Below, one piece after another: positions 10,214-19,609 of a stretch of 61,654 nucleotides of DNA. Origin of the DNA: Candidatus Magnetominusculus sp. LBB02 (GTDB lineage Bacteria > Nitrospirota > Thermodesulfovibrionia > Thermodesulfovibrionales > Magnetobacteriaceae); NCBI GenBank assembly GCA_022321325.1, contig JAKOEO010000012.1, positions 1 through 61,654 of the forward strand. The letters run 5' to 3'. Both the position numbers and the translations under genes were made by a program. The number at the start of each line of letters is the position of its first letter. Within the stretch, counting starts at the first letter, position 1. The notes under the pieces are model-generated. The model did not search any database, was not told where the DNA came from, and was given only the letters and a program-made list of their open reading frames with translations.

Positions 10214-10715
10214 TAAAAAGCAGATAATGGACAAGTTGAGCGCCCTGAATCTTGCCACACCGACAAAGACGCGCACCCATGAGGCCGCTGCCCCGGCAGG
10301 GTCTCAAACGCCTGAACCACCTCAAAAAGCCAAAACACACAGAGCGGCAGTTGTAGAGGCAAAACAGGCTAAGCCCTCGCCGCCTGCCCCGCCTGATTCT
10401 GGCGGCAGGATAGAGACCGGCGATTTTACATTGTTTGTAGACAGCGCCGGGCAGACTATGGCAGTTGCCGAGATTAATCAGCCCATTTTCAGCGGCCCTT
10501 CAGGGGTATGCACATTTACGCTGTTTGTTGATAACATCACAGCCCTTATGAAGATAAGCGAAGAGTTTCAAAATAATCTCCTCAGTATTAACTCGATGAT
10601 GATTGACAGCTACAGGAGGACATTGACAATAACATTTGACACAATGATACACACCTATGGACAGTTCGTTGAGAGTTTGAAGGATATGATACCATCGGCT
10701 CTCAAACAAAGATAG
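10206..10715 (+). CDS. Hypothetical ParA partner protein
   Basis: Overlaps the ParA stop; basic N-terminus, Pro/Ala linker, amphipathic helical C-terminus. Confidence 0.75.
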   Translation: MANKKQIMDKLSALNLATPTKTRTHEAAAPAGSQTPEPPQKAKTHRAAVVEAKQAKPSPPAPPDSGGRIETGDFTLFVDSAGQTMAVAEINQPIFSGPSGVCTFTLFVDNITALMKISEEFQNNLLSINSMMIDSYRRTLTITFDTMIHTYGQFVESLKDMIPSALKQR

Positions 10716-10731
10716 AGAATGTTATAAGCGT

Positions 10732-11124
10732 AGGAGCAGGCCATGCGGCCGCCCCTGTTGACGGTATACACGCCGCCTATAGGGGAGGAAAGTCCGAGCT
10801 CCGCATGGGCAGGACGGCTGCTAACGGCAGCCGGGGGCGACCCCAGGGAAAGTGCAACAGAAATTATACCGCCGCGCGCCGCACAGCGCGTGGTAAGGGT
10901 GAAATGGTGAGGTAAGAGCTCACCGCCTCCTGCGGCAACGTGGAAGGCAGGTAAACCCCGTCCGGAGAAAGGTTGAATATGTCCCGCTTTTCGGGCTGCC
11001 CGCCCGATACCTTGCGCGTAGAGCGCTGGGAGGCGGGACGGGTACTAACCGCATAAGGCGGCAAGCAATTGTCGTCTCAGATGAATGGCCGCGCAACACA
11101 GAACTCGGCTTACGGCCTGCTCTT
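10732..11124 (+). ncRNA. rnpB: RNase P RNA (bacterial type A)
   Basis: GAGGAAAGTCCGAGC, GAAAGTGCAACAG, AGGGTGAAATGGTGAGGTAAGAGC, ACAGAACTCGGCTTA; P1 GGAGCAGGCC/GGCCTGCTCT. Confidence 0.96.
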
Positions 11125-11185
11125 ATTTATTTTATTTACTGGGGGCGTCAATCTTGGGAGCGCCTGCCGCCAACCATTTGTCTCT

Positions 11186-11515
11186 TTATTTAATTATGGC
11201 CAGACCATCGAGGATTTTTTCAGTTTTAGACATATCGCCTATGAAATGCACAACTGGCAGGGGGTTTTGTTTTACCAGCATCGGCGTTGCTAAAACACCT
11301 TGCCGCCGCGCAAGTGACGGCCTGTTATATATATCTATTATCTCAAGGTCATAATGTCCTTCGATATACCGCTCGCAAATCTTCTTTATATTCTCTATCG
11401 CACGCATTGACAGAAGCGTCTGGCCTGTCACATAGAGCTTCAGGATAATGGCGCTTTTATCAGACTTATCAATAGAATTACCGCTCATCCTGTCTTTTCC
11501 TCGCTCCATGGTCAC
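11186..11515 (-). CDS. kaiB: KaiB-family protein (second copy, divergent)
   Basis: LKLYVTGQT..S.RAI..NI..IC, IIDIY..P.LA, ATP.L.K..P.P, IGDMS; true start may be ATG 11488. Confidence 0.88.
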   Translation of the reverse strand: MTMERGKDRMSGNSIDKSDKSAIILKLYVTGQTLLSMRAIENIKKICERYIEGHYDLEIIDIYNRPSLARRQGVLATPMLVKQNPLPVVHFIGDMSKTEKILDGLAIIK

Positions 11516-11578
11516 ACTGTTTTAGAACGGCCGCTGATAGCATAACCGGAATTGATATCTACCCTGCTAAACAGGGTA

Positions 11579-13264
11579 TTAAGGAACTCTCTTCTTTGAA
11601 ATATCGAAGCTAATCCTGGCGTTGATGTCTGTCCTTAGTCTTTCCTGTGACAATATTAAATCAATCTCAGCCTGGTCATTGGCAATGGCAGCCTGCAATG
11701 CCTCTATGCGAACCTCGGCCTCTTTTCGTTTTGATTCTAATTCACGCAGCCTGCGCTCAACCTCTTGTTTCATAGCAAAGTCCTCTGCCCTGTCTTTTGC
11801 CTCCTGCACGATGCGGGCAGTCCCTGTAAGAACCATGCCTGCACCGGTGTATGCCTCAAGGAGCTGCACTCCATTACTGGCAATAATGAACTCGCTTATC
11901 TGGTTTGAATGAGACATTCCCCTTGACTTTATAACATACAGCCCTCTTGTACGCTCTCCGTTATATTCTATCGTCTTCAGCACTATCCATGTGTCCATCA
12001 GCGATGAGATTCCTACGTCCGTATTGTCAATGTATTCACTTGATGTGGTAAGAGTGGTAAAAAGCGATGTGATATCGCGGGATTTCATCAGGTCAACAAG
12101 CCGCATCATCAGTGTCTTTACCTCATCTGAACCTCCAATATCACTATAATTCGTAATCGGGTCCAATATGCACACAGAGGGATTGAATTCGTTAATCAGT
12201 TTGTGGATTGTAACAAGATGGGTCTCTATGCCGAAGGAAGTCGGCCTGGCCGCGTTGAACCTGAGAAGACCCTGTTCAATAAAAGGCGCCAGATCAATGC
12301 CTATAGACCTGCCGTTTCTGATTATCTGATGCTGTGATTCCTCTGACGCTATATAGAGACAGCGCTGCCCTCGTTCGCATGTCGCTTTAGCAAGGTGTAC
12401 GGCTAAGCTTGTCTTTCCTGTGCCTGCCGTGCCGGATACCAATATCGAACTGCCCACGTAATAGCCCTTGCCGTCCATCATTGCGTCGAGATGGGCGATG
12501 CCGGTTGAAATATGCTCGGTCAAGGCCTTATGCTCAAGGCCCAATGATGTTATTGGCAGTACAGATATGCCGGTTGTATCTATAAGAAAGGGATACTCAT
12601 TTGCGCCGTGGGCAGAGCCGCGATACTTGACAACACGCAGGCGGCGGGTGGTACGCTGCCCTTCTACCCTGTGGTCAAGCAGAACTACGCAATCGGCGAC
12701 ATACTCTTCTATCCCGTGGCGGGTCAGTGCGCCGTCGCCTCTTTCTGCGGTGATGACGGCTGTTATTTCATTTTCCTTTATCCATCTGAACAGCCTTCTT
12801 AACTCCGCCCTTAGAATGTGGTGGTCTTGCATGCCGGCAAATAACGTCTCGATGGTATCGAGGACTAGTCTCTTTGCACCGATCGACTTCATTGCGTGCT
12901 CAAGCCTGACAAACAGACCTTCAAGGTCATAGTCTCCCGTTACTGTAAAATCGTCGCGGTCTATATAGATATGATCTAGCAAAATCTTTTTCATTTTTAT
13001 CATGCCGGAAATATCAAAACCAAGAGATTCAACGTTCATAATCAGGTCTTTTTCCGACTCGTCAAAAGAGATAAACACACCCGGCTCATCATATTCATTA
13101 GCGCCATGAACAAGGAACTCCATTGCCAGAAGGGTCTTGCCACACCCTGCATTTCCGCATACTAAAGTTGGACGCCCCTTTGGCAGCCCGCCGGTAATCT
13201 CGTCAAGCCCATGAATCCCTGTTAAACACTTCTGCAATTTATTGTTGATAATTTTCTTGCTCAT
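11579..13264 (-). CDS. kaiC: KaiC-family double ATPase, SS-type with C-terminal coiled coil (KaiC2-like)
   Basis: Two P-loops (GNAGCGKT, GTAGTGKT), EEYVADCV, GISSLMDTW, KSRG, ~70-aa coiled-coil tail. Confidence 0.92.
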   Translation of the reverse strand: MSKKIINNKLQKCLTGIHGLDEITGGLPKGRPTLVCGNAGCGKTLLAMEFLVHGANEYDEPGVFISFDESEKDLIMNVESLGFDISGMIKMKKILLDHIYIDRDDFTVTGDYDLEGLFVRLEHAMKSIGAKRLVLDTIETLFAGMQDHHILRAELRRLFRWIKENEITAVITAERGDGALTRHGIEEYVADCVVLLDHRVEGQRTTRRLRVVKYRGSAHGANEYPFLIDTTGISVLPITSLGLEHKALTEHISTGIAHLDAMMDGKGYYVGSSILVSGTAGTGKTSLAVHLAKATCERGQRCLYIASEESQHQIIRNGRSIGIDLAPFIEQGLLRFNAARPTSFGIETHLVTIHKLINEFNPSVCILDPITNYSDIGGSDEVKTLMMRLVDLMKSRDITSLFTTLTTSSEYIDNTDVGISSLMDTWIVLKTIEYNGERTRGLYVIKSRGMSHSNQISEFIIASNGVQLLEAYTGAGMVLTGTARIVQEAKDRAEDFAMKQEVERRLRELESKRKEAEVRIEALQAAIANDQAEIDLILSQERLRTDINARISFDISKKRVP

Positions 13265-13296
13265 CCCGATACCTCCACGGCTTATCTGACATGACC

Positions 13297-14892
13297 TCAG
13301 TCCTCAACAATCAGCGATTCCTGTTCGTCAACCTTTGGCAGTATGATGGTAAACTCTGCTCCCTTGCCTGTGTTATTGGCATATAGCCTGCCGCCCATGC
13401 TGGTCTCTATTATAGTTTTCGACATGTAGAGGCCAATGCCGGTGCCCTTGCTTCCTTTGGTAGTAACGTATGGGTCGAATAGCGTATTGAGTATGTCGGC
13501 GGGAATGCCTCCGGCGTTATCTTTAATCACAACAGCAATATTGTCATCGTTCTTTATCGTATAAATCTCTATCAAGCCAAATTTGCCACGAAGAGCGCCC
13601 TTTGACTTTGCTGTAAGGATTGCGTCCTTGGCGTTTACTATGATATTTAACAGCACCTGCTTAATTTCGTTGGGGTAACCGACGATATATAGGAATCCAA
13701 ATTCGCAGCCCTTGAGACTCTTGCAGTCCTCTAAGTCAATTTCATGCGTAGCGCACTTGCAGGCGTGCTTAATGTGAATTTGCATGTTTTTCATCTCAGC
13801 GCACAGGATAGACAGCACAGAGTTGATTATCATATTTACGTCAATTCGTATCTTTCTTTTGGTCGGCTTAAAGAAGTCGCTGAAATCGGTGATGGTATCA
13901 GACATATAGTTAATGAGATTCATTCCGGAGTTGACCGCCTCGTCAATATATTGCGTGTCTATTTGATTGAACTGATGTGCGTCCTGCAAGTCTTGGATAA
14001 TCAGGCCGAGGCTGTTAAGGGGCTGCCTCCACTGGTGGGCGATAGAGCCTATCATCTCGCCAAGGGCTGCCATCTTGGACTTTTGAATCAACATGTCCTC
14101 CTGAAGCTGGCACTTGTGAACCTCTTCCATTACCCTTCGCTCCAGATTTATATTCAGGTCGGTAATTTTGGCGATTAACTTTTTCCTCTCCGTTACATCT
14201 CTCAGAGAGGCCAGAATATGCGCCTCCCCTTCCCATTCTATATCCACAACTCGCAGTTCAACCGAAACTGCCACACCGTCCGCCCCTATGATTTCTATCT
14301 CGGTTTTGTCGGCGTTTATAACGGGCATGCCAAGATACTCGCCTACTAAATGGCCTGATTGCTTGCCAAATAGGAGCTCGGCGGCGGGATTTGCAAAACG
14401 AATCCACCCCTCAATATCAAGTATCAATATACCGTCGGCGTTTTTCTCTATCATATGGTAGAAACGCGACTCGCTTGACTGCTTCAGCGCCAAAATCAAA
14501 CGGTTGCGCTCGATGGCATATTGAATAGAGCGGCATAGCGCCGTGCCGGTAATCTCGCTCTTGGCGATATAGTCCTGCGCCCCGCACCTTGCCGCCATCA
14601 TTGTTGAATCCGAATCTTCCTCGTCAGATATGCCCAGCACCGGAATGTCCCCCGCCATCTTCTTAAAGCTTGTCAGGATATCGCAGCCATAAGGCTCTGA
14701 CAGCTCAATGCTTATCAAAAGCACATCAATTGGATGAGGCGGATTAGAAAGATAACCAGGCAGCATTGAGACATCTTCTATGCTGTCTATGGCAAAATCC
14801 ACATGTGGGACCTCAGCGAGGATACCGCTGATATATTGGACATCCTCGCTGCTATCCCCTACAAACAGACATCTTATCATCCTTTCAGCCAT
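13297..14892 (-). CDS. Pseudo-receiver-PAS histidine kinase within the kai operon
   Basis: REC-like N-terminus with Ser where the phospho-Asp is expected (IDVLLIS), PAS, IAHQWRQPLN, HATPase. Confidence 0.9.
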   Translation of the reverse strand: MAERMIRCLFVGDSSEDVQYISGILAEVPHVDFAIDSIEDVSMLPGYLSNPPHPIDVLLISIELSEPYGCDILTSFKKMAGDIPVLGISDEEDSDSTMMAARCGAQDYIAKSEITGTALCRSIQYAIERNRLILALKQSSESRFYHMIEKNADGILILDIEGWIRFANPAAELLFGKQSGHLVGEYLGMPVINADKTEIEIIGADGVAVSVELRVVDIEWEGEAHILASLRDVTERKKLIAKITDLNINLERRVMEEVHKCQLQEDMLIQKSKMAALGEMIGSIAHQWRQPLNSLGLIIQDLQDAHQFNQIDTQYIDEAVNSGMNLINYMSDTITDFSDFFKPTKRKIRIDVNMIINSVLSILCAEMKNMQIHIKHACKCATHEIDLEDCKSLKGCEFGFLYIVGYPNEIKQVLLNIIVNAKDAILTAKSKGALRGKFGLIEIYTIKNDDNIAVVIKDNAGGIPADILNTLFDPYVTTKGSKGTGIGLYMSKTIIETSMGGRLYANNTGKGAEFTIILPKVDEQESLIVED

Positions 14893-14901
14893 ATAGAGTC
14901 A

Positions 14902-16422
14902 TCACCTGTCTTTAAACAACTCATCTGTACGATATACCTCGGCAGAGGAAATCTGTACAGGATTGCCGGAGAGTATTCCCACCACGTTTCTAAATGGTTT
15001 GCCTATGTGCATCCCTGTGCCGTCAATCTGGAACTCGCGAATCTCCTTGTCGTGCGTGGAGCCGCGCATCTTTAAAACCGTGATGCCGCGCCTGGTCTCG
15101 CCGAAGATTTCGACATAACGCAACAGTATAATCGTATCTGTAATTGTGGAGATATGAGTCTCGGTGATGGACGTACCGCCTAAGAGAGTCGGCGTTGTCG
15201 AGGTGAAAAATCCCGCAATTTCCTTATGTTTAATAAACGATGTAATGCTTATCACAAACTCCCTGAAACTCCTTATTGTTGATACCCTCTCCAGCGCCGA
15301 GAGGCTGTCAACAGCGATTCTGTTAGGTTTATATGCGTCTATCGTCTTTTTCATCTTAATAAGATGGTCTTCAAGCGAGGCGGTCTCAGGGTATTCGCAT
15401 ACTACCATTAACCGTCCTTCGTTTTCCATCTTTTCGTAGTCAACCCCCCAGCCTATGGCGTTTCTGAAAAGCTGTTCACGGCTTTCCTCAAAGGCAAATA
15501 TCAGGCATCTCTCGTTATCGGCAGCGCCGCCGGCGATGAAGTGTGTAACCATAAGGGTCTTGCCGTTTCCAGTTGCGCCGGAGACAAGGATTATGGAATC
15601 CCTATAAAAACCTCCCGCACACATGTTGTCAAGCTCAGTGCAGCCTGAGGTGATTCTCACAACCGAGGACTTCTGTTTAAGCTCTATGGCAGAGAGCGGG
15701 ATGATAATTATCCCCTCCCCCGGTATAATAGTAAAGGGAAATTCGCCCTTATAATGGTCAGTGCCGCGAAACTTCAATATCTCGATAGTGCGGCGTCTTC
15801 TTTCGTCCTCAAGGGAGTTTCTCAATATAACTACATTGTCGGCGACAAACTCCTCAACGTCAAATCTGGCAATGCTGCCCTTTTCGTCAATGCGCTCTGC
15901 CGTTATAATGCTGGTAACGTTCATTTTTCTAAGGGCATGGGTTATGCGGAATATCTCGCGCCTGACTGTGGCCCTGTCTGAAAACTGGCTGAAAAACGCG
16001 CCAAGCGAATCAAACGATACCCTTGTAGCCCCGACTTTTTTAACCGCGTGTTCTATGCGCGCCAAAAGGCCGCCCATATCATATGCGCCGGCCTCCACCA
16101 CTTCTGTCTCAGGCTGAGGAGAGGCGTCTATAAATACCCACATGCCGTCGGCCTCAAACTGCTTAATATCCCAGCCGAAGCTGATCATATTTTTTCTTAT
16201 CTCATCGGGGGATTCCTCAAATGTGACAAATAGACCCGTTTCTTTATTATTCCTTATGCCTTCAACCAAAAACTGCGTGGCAAAAACGGTCTTCGAACTT
16301 CCCGCCGTACCGGAAAGAAGCGTTGAGCGGTGCTTAGGAAACCCGCCCTTTGCTATCCAGTCAAAACCCGGCACATGCGTCGGCAGCTTTTCCAGACCTT
16401 TATTGTTATTATTCACATCCAT
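14902..16422 (-). CDS. kaiC: KaiC circadian ATPase/kinase, ST-type (KaiC1/KaiC3-like)
   Basis: GTAGSSKT, VEEFVADNV, GATGNGKT, HISTITDTIILLRYVE, KMRGSTHDKEIREF, A-loop-like ILSGNPVQI. Confidence 0.95.
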   Translation of the reverse strand: MDVNNNNKGLEKLPTHVPGFDWIAKGGFPKHRSTLLSGTAGSSKTVFATQFLVEGIRNNKETGLFVTFEESPDEIRKNMISFGWDIKQFEADGMWVFIDASPQPETEVVEAGAYDMGGLLARIEHAVKKVGATRVSFDSLGAFFSQFSDRATVRREIFRITHALRKMNVTSIITAERIDEKGSIARFDVEEFVADNVVILRNSLEDERRRRTIEILKFRGTDHYKGEFPFTIIPGEGIIIIPLSAIELKQKSSVVRITSGCTELDNMCAGGFYRDSIILVSGATGNGKTLMVTHFIAGGAADNERCLIFAFEESREQLFRNAIGWGVDYEKMENEGRLMVVCEYPETASLEDHLIKMKKTIDAYKPNRIAVDSLSALERVSTIRSFREFVISITSFIKHKEIAGFFTSTTPTLLGGTSITETHISTITDTIILLRYVEIFGETRRGITVLKMRGSTHDKEIREFQIDGTGMHIGKPFRNVVGILSGNPVQISSAEVYRTDELFKDR

Positions 16423-16727
16423 TAGGCATCCCCTCCTTCATCTTTCTTTCTCATACACGGTTGTAAATCAAGACCCACAAGGACTTTGTCTGTATCAGAG
16501 AGGTCGCCTATTACGCGCCTGATAGGAAGCGGCAGCACCTTTATCAATGTCGGCGTGGCGAGGATCTTTTCGTCCTCCGCTAGCTGCGGTCTTTCAAGGA
16601 TGTCTATTACAACCATCTCATATTGACTTTGAAGTTCATGTGTGCATATATTTTGCAGGTTGGCAATAGCCCGTTCCGACTTGGGCGTCTTACCGGTTAT
16701 GTAGAGTTTTAACAAATAATTGTTCAT
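16422..16727 (-). CDS. kaiB: KaiB protein
   Basis: [50 protein letters not shown]. Confidence 0.95.
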   Translation of the reverse strand: MNNYLLKLYITGKTPKSERAIANLQNICTHELQSQYEMVVIDILERPQLAEDEKILATPTLIKVLPLPIRRVIGDLSDTDKVLVGLDLQPCMRKKDEGGDA

Positions 16728-16751
16728 TAAGGACCTCCCTATTTACTTATA

Positions 16752-17621
16752 TCAATTTTTTCTGAATACGATGAAATAATTTAGATAGTATGTGACAAGA
16801 TTCCCCATCAGCTCCAACACTATAAAGCGTCCCTCTTCCAGGTATAGCTGCGCCTTCGCCATATTGACCTCGTTGAGTTTCAACTTGAGCGACTCGGAAT
16901 GAATCTCAACCACATCCCTTGGGCCGGACTTGAGAAAGCCAAGCTGTTCTGACAAGGAAAGCAGGTCGTCCTGTATCTGATTTTCAGTCTTATATATTCT
17001 TTGTTCTACGGCGGCGTCAAGAATCTCACAATACTTAGTTACGAAATTGTTGAATGTCTCCACACTGCTTTCGCGCAGAGACGACTTGCCCAACATTTGA
17101 GATGTAATCGCCGACCTTGAACTTCCAGAAAGACGCTCTAAAGACTTTAACTCCAAGCTGTGGCCGTGTTCATATTGGATTTTAAGCATATCCATGCGCA
17201 ATCTGTTTCGTTCTATGGCATAGAGCAGAGACCGCAGCAATGAATGCCCATCAAAAGTCCCCTTGGCAAGACAATCCTGAGCGCCCATAGATACTGCCGT
17301 TTGTGCAACGAAATCATCGTCTTCGGCTTTTGAAAGTATGACAATAGGTTTTTCGGGTATCAGGAATTGGACAATAGAGTATGTATTGAGAAGTTCGCTG
17401 TCAGGCAGCATCAAATCAAGGAGCACTATATCTACGCTGCATTGCGATAATTTAAGAGAAGCCTGCGAGAAACTGTCCGCGTGGTCAACTTTGATATTAA
17501 CGCTTGCCTTCTCGGCAAGAAGCGCCTCTATGCGGGCTGCCTCTTTTGCGTCAGCCTCAATTATAAGAAGATTTATGGTCTTTTCCTGTTCTTGTTCCAA
17601 GCCAACCCCTGATGAAGCCAA
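16752..17621 (-). CDS. Receiver domain fused to a KaiA-like C-terminal domain (KaiA3-like)
   Basis: REC with VLLD..S..K; C-terminal LGFLKSGPRDVVEIH..EEGRFIVLELMGNLVTYY resembles the KaiA C-domain (VVEIH..EGR..L..Y); first gene of the kaiB-kaiC operon. Confidence 0.8.
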   Translation of the reverse strand: MASSGVGLEQEQEKTINLLIIEADAKEAARIEALLAEKASVNIKVDHADSFSQASLKLSQCSVDIVLLDLMLPDSELLNTYSIVQFLIPEKPIVILSKAEDDDFVAQTAVSMGAQDCLAKGTFDGHSLLRSLLYAIERNRLRMDMLKIQYEHGHSLELKSLERLSGSSRSAITSQMLGKSSLRESSVETFNNFVTKYCEILDAAVEQRIYKTENQIQDDLLSLSEQLGFLKSGPRDVVEIHSESLKLKLNEVNMAKAQLYLEEGRFIVLELMGNLVTYYLNYFIVFRKN

Positions 17622-17634
17622 TTACTGAAGACTA

Positions 17635-17664
17635 ATTATAATATAAGTCGCCGATAAATGTCAA
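17635..17664 (-). promoter_or_regulatory. sigma70 promoter of the kai operon
   Basis: Minus strand TTGACA(17664-17659)-18bp-TATAAT(17640-17635). Confidence 0.8.
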
Positions 17665-17680
17665 ATGGCCATGATCTTTT

Positions 17681-17960
17681 TGTTGCACCAAAATAGAAAT
17701 GTCCTATTCTGTTAATAATCATAGCCCATATCTGGGTGAGATGACAAGGCATTTTTTAGGCCGTCATCCTTTTCCATTGTTTTATGTCTGGTCATGTAAG
17801 CTTTACCTTGCATTACACATTTCTGTATGCCATTTCTCCATGGGTGGTCGTGCGCTGGTTTATGAATCATTTTCACCTTCGATCGCTGTGCGTTTTGCCT
17901 TTAAGATATTGGCAATGTGCCGTCAAGCCATTTTTCCACTATGACTTGAGCTGGCTGCCC
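17681..17960 (-). mobile_element. Truncated IS1202/ISNCY-like element: transposase 3' remnant plus right end
   Basis: Minus strand reads QVIVEKWLDGTL, then after a frameshift HKPAHDHPWR..GYDY*, followed by AGGACATTTCTATTTTGGTGCAACA. Confidence 0.8.
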
Positions 17961-17977
17961 GGTTCTATTGGCAAATA

Positions 17978-18496
17978 TCAGGCTCTTCTGTGAACTATGT
18001 CGTAGAGCATGGCGATGGCTGTCCTTGTGGTTTCGAATCTCACTCTGTGGCGGCTGCCGGTGAAATTGCATTGTTTAACATGTTCGACCTCTGCGGGGCC
18101 TTTGAGCGCTATATAAACAAGTCCAACTGGTTTTCCGGGCGTACCTCCTTTGGGGCCGGCGATACCCGTTACGGCAACGCCAATGTCGGCGCCGGTTGCC
18201 TGCCTTATCCCGCGTGCCATTTCAAGGGCTGTCTGCTCGCTTACCGCCCCATACTTGTGAAGCGTTACAGGAGATACTCCTAAGAATTTTTCCTTTATCG
18301 CATTGCTATATGTAACCGCCCCGCCCCAAAACACTGCGGAGCTCCCATCAACAGAGGTGATAAAGCCAGATATCATGCCGCCCGTGCATGACTCCGCCGT
18401 TGCGATAAGCAGATTGTTCTTAGCGGCGGTCTCAACTACGCGCTGTGTCAGCGTGTACAGCTCTTCAATCTCTTCCCTTTTAATATCAAGCAGCAT
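17978..18496 (-). CDS. pncC: NMN deamidase (CinA C-terminal domain)
   Basis: IATAESCTGG, YGAVSEQTALEMA, VTGIAGP; likely start ATG 18496. Confidence 0.92.
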   Translation of the reverse strand: MLLDIKREEIEELYTLTQRVVETAAKNNLLIATAESCTGGMISGFITSVDGSSAVFWGGAVTYSNAIKEKFLGVSPVTLHKYGAVSEQTALEMARGIRQATGADIGVAVTGIAGPKGGTPGKPVGLVYIALKGPAEVEHVKQCNFTGSRHRVRFETTRTAIAMLYDIVHRRA

Positions 18497-18515
18497 GGCG
18501 GCTGTGGGGGTCTCC

Positions 18516-18671
18516 TTAGATGGTCTTGTAGCCGGGGCAGCCTTCAAATCCCTTGCAGCCGCCCTTTCTTAGTTTACAGTCCCTGTTGATACAAACAGCC
18601 TTTTCCTCTTTTAGCGGCCGCCTGGTCTGTCTTTTAGGGTTATCGCTTGTGTCTTTTTTTGATGTGCTCAT
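18516..18671 (-). CDS. 51-aa Cys-rich small protein (absent from ORF track)
   Basis: MSTSKKDTSDNPKRQTRRPLKEEKAVCINRDCKLRKGGCKGFEGCPGYKTI*; ATGA overlap with the rluD stop. Confidence 0.7.
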   Translation of the reverse strand: MSTSKKDTSDNPKRQTRRPLKEEKAVCINRDCKLRKGGCKGFEGCPGYKTI

Positions 18672-19603
18672 CCGCTATTATAACACTCCGCTTCGAGCAA
18701 GGAACAGATATATTCCATATCGGCGGGCAGCTTACTTTCAAATTCGAGATATTGCCCCGTAACCGGATGTATAAATCCAAGCGATGCGGCGTGGAGCATC
18801 TGCCTGGCCACAGCAATCTTATCGCGTGTGGCGTGTGTCTTCAGGCCGTAGGTCCTGTCGCCCAGTACTGGATGGCCTAAGGCTGAGAAATGCACCCGTA
18901 TCTGGTGTGTCCTGCCGGTTGACAGAACCGCCTCAACAAGCGAGGCGCCTTTGAATTGCCTCAGCGTCTGCCATGCCGTAACGGCGGGCTTGGTGCGGTC
19001 TGAAACGGTGGACATCTTTTTCCTGTCTGTTTTTGAGCGTCCTATGGGCAGGGTTATCTGCCCCTCTGGTGTCTTCATTGAGCCGTAAATCAGCGCAAGA
19101 TACCTTCTTTTAATCGTACGGCGTTTAAACTGCTCAACCAAATCGTAGTATGAAGCGTCGTCAAGGGCAACTACGACAAGGCCGGAGGTGTCCTTATCTA
19201 TTCTATGGACAACGCCGGGGCGAAGCGGCCCGCCTATAGCGGCCAGCGAAGCAGCCCGGTATCTGACCGCATTCATCAGCGTACCGCCGTTGTGTCCTGC
19301 CCCCGGGTACATGGGCAAACCAGCCGGCTTGTCCACAACTATCAGGTGGGCGTCCTCATAGGGGACATTAATTGTGATTTCCTCAGGCGTCAGTTCGCAG
19401 CCCTCCGGCTGCTGAGTTTCCACAATGGCCATGTCGCCGACACGTATTTTATAGCCCTGGCCCACAACTTGACCATTTAGCAAAACATGCCCGTCTTTGA
19501 TGAGTTTATTGACCTGTGAGCGAGTGAGCCTTGTCGTTGACGCCAGATATACATCAAGCCTCTGCCCCTTATCTGGTTCAGTTACAAGAAACTCAACGGC
19601 CAT
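18668..19603 (-). CDS. rluD: 23S rRNA pseudouridine synthase RluD family
   Basis: S4 domain, VVHRIDKDTSGL, TGRTHQIRVH, GHPVLGD. Confidence 0.93.
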   Translation of the reverse strand: MAVEFLVTEPDKGQRLDVYLASTTRLTRSQVNKLIKDGHVLLNGQVVGQGYKIRVGDMAIVETQQPEGCELTPEEITINVPYEDAHLIVVDKPAGLPMYPGAGHNGGTLMNAVRYRAASLAAIGGPLRPGVVHRIDKDTSGLVVVALDDASYYDLVEQFKRRTIKRRYLALIYGSMKTPEGQITLPIGRSKTDRKKMSTVSDRTKPAVTAWQTLRQFKGASLVEAVLSTGRTHQIRVHFSALGHPVLGDRTYGLKTHATRDKIAVARQMLHAASLGFIHPVTGQYLEFESKLPADMEYICSLLEAECYNSG

Positions 19604-19609
19604 AAGCGC

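Noticed and set aside
10864-11354. Short ORFs 10864-11064, 11069-11293 and 11085-11354
   Set aside because: They overlap rnpB or are antisense to kaiB; shadow ORFs, like most short antisense ORFs in the track.
17699-17993. Plus-strand ORFs 17699-17944 and 17784-17993
   Set aside because: Antisense to the transposase remnant.
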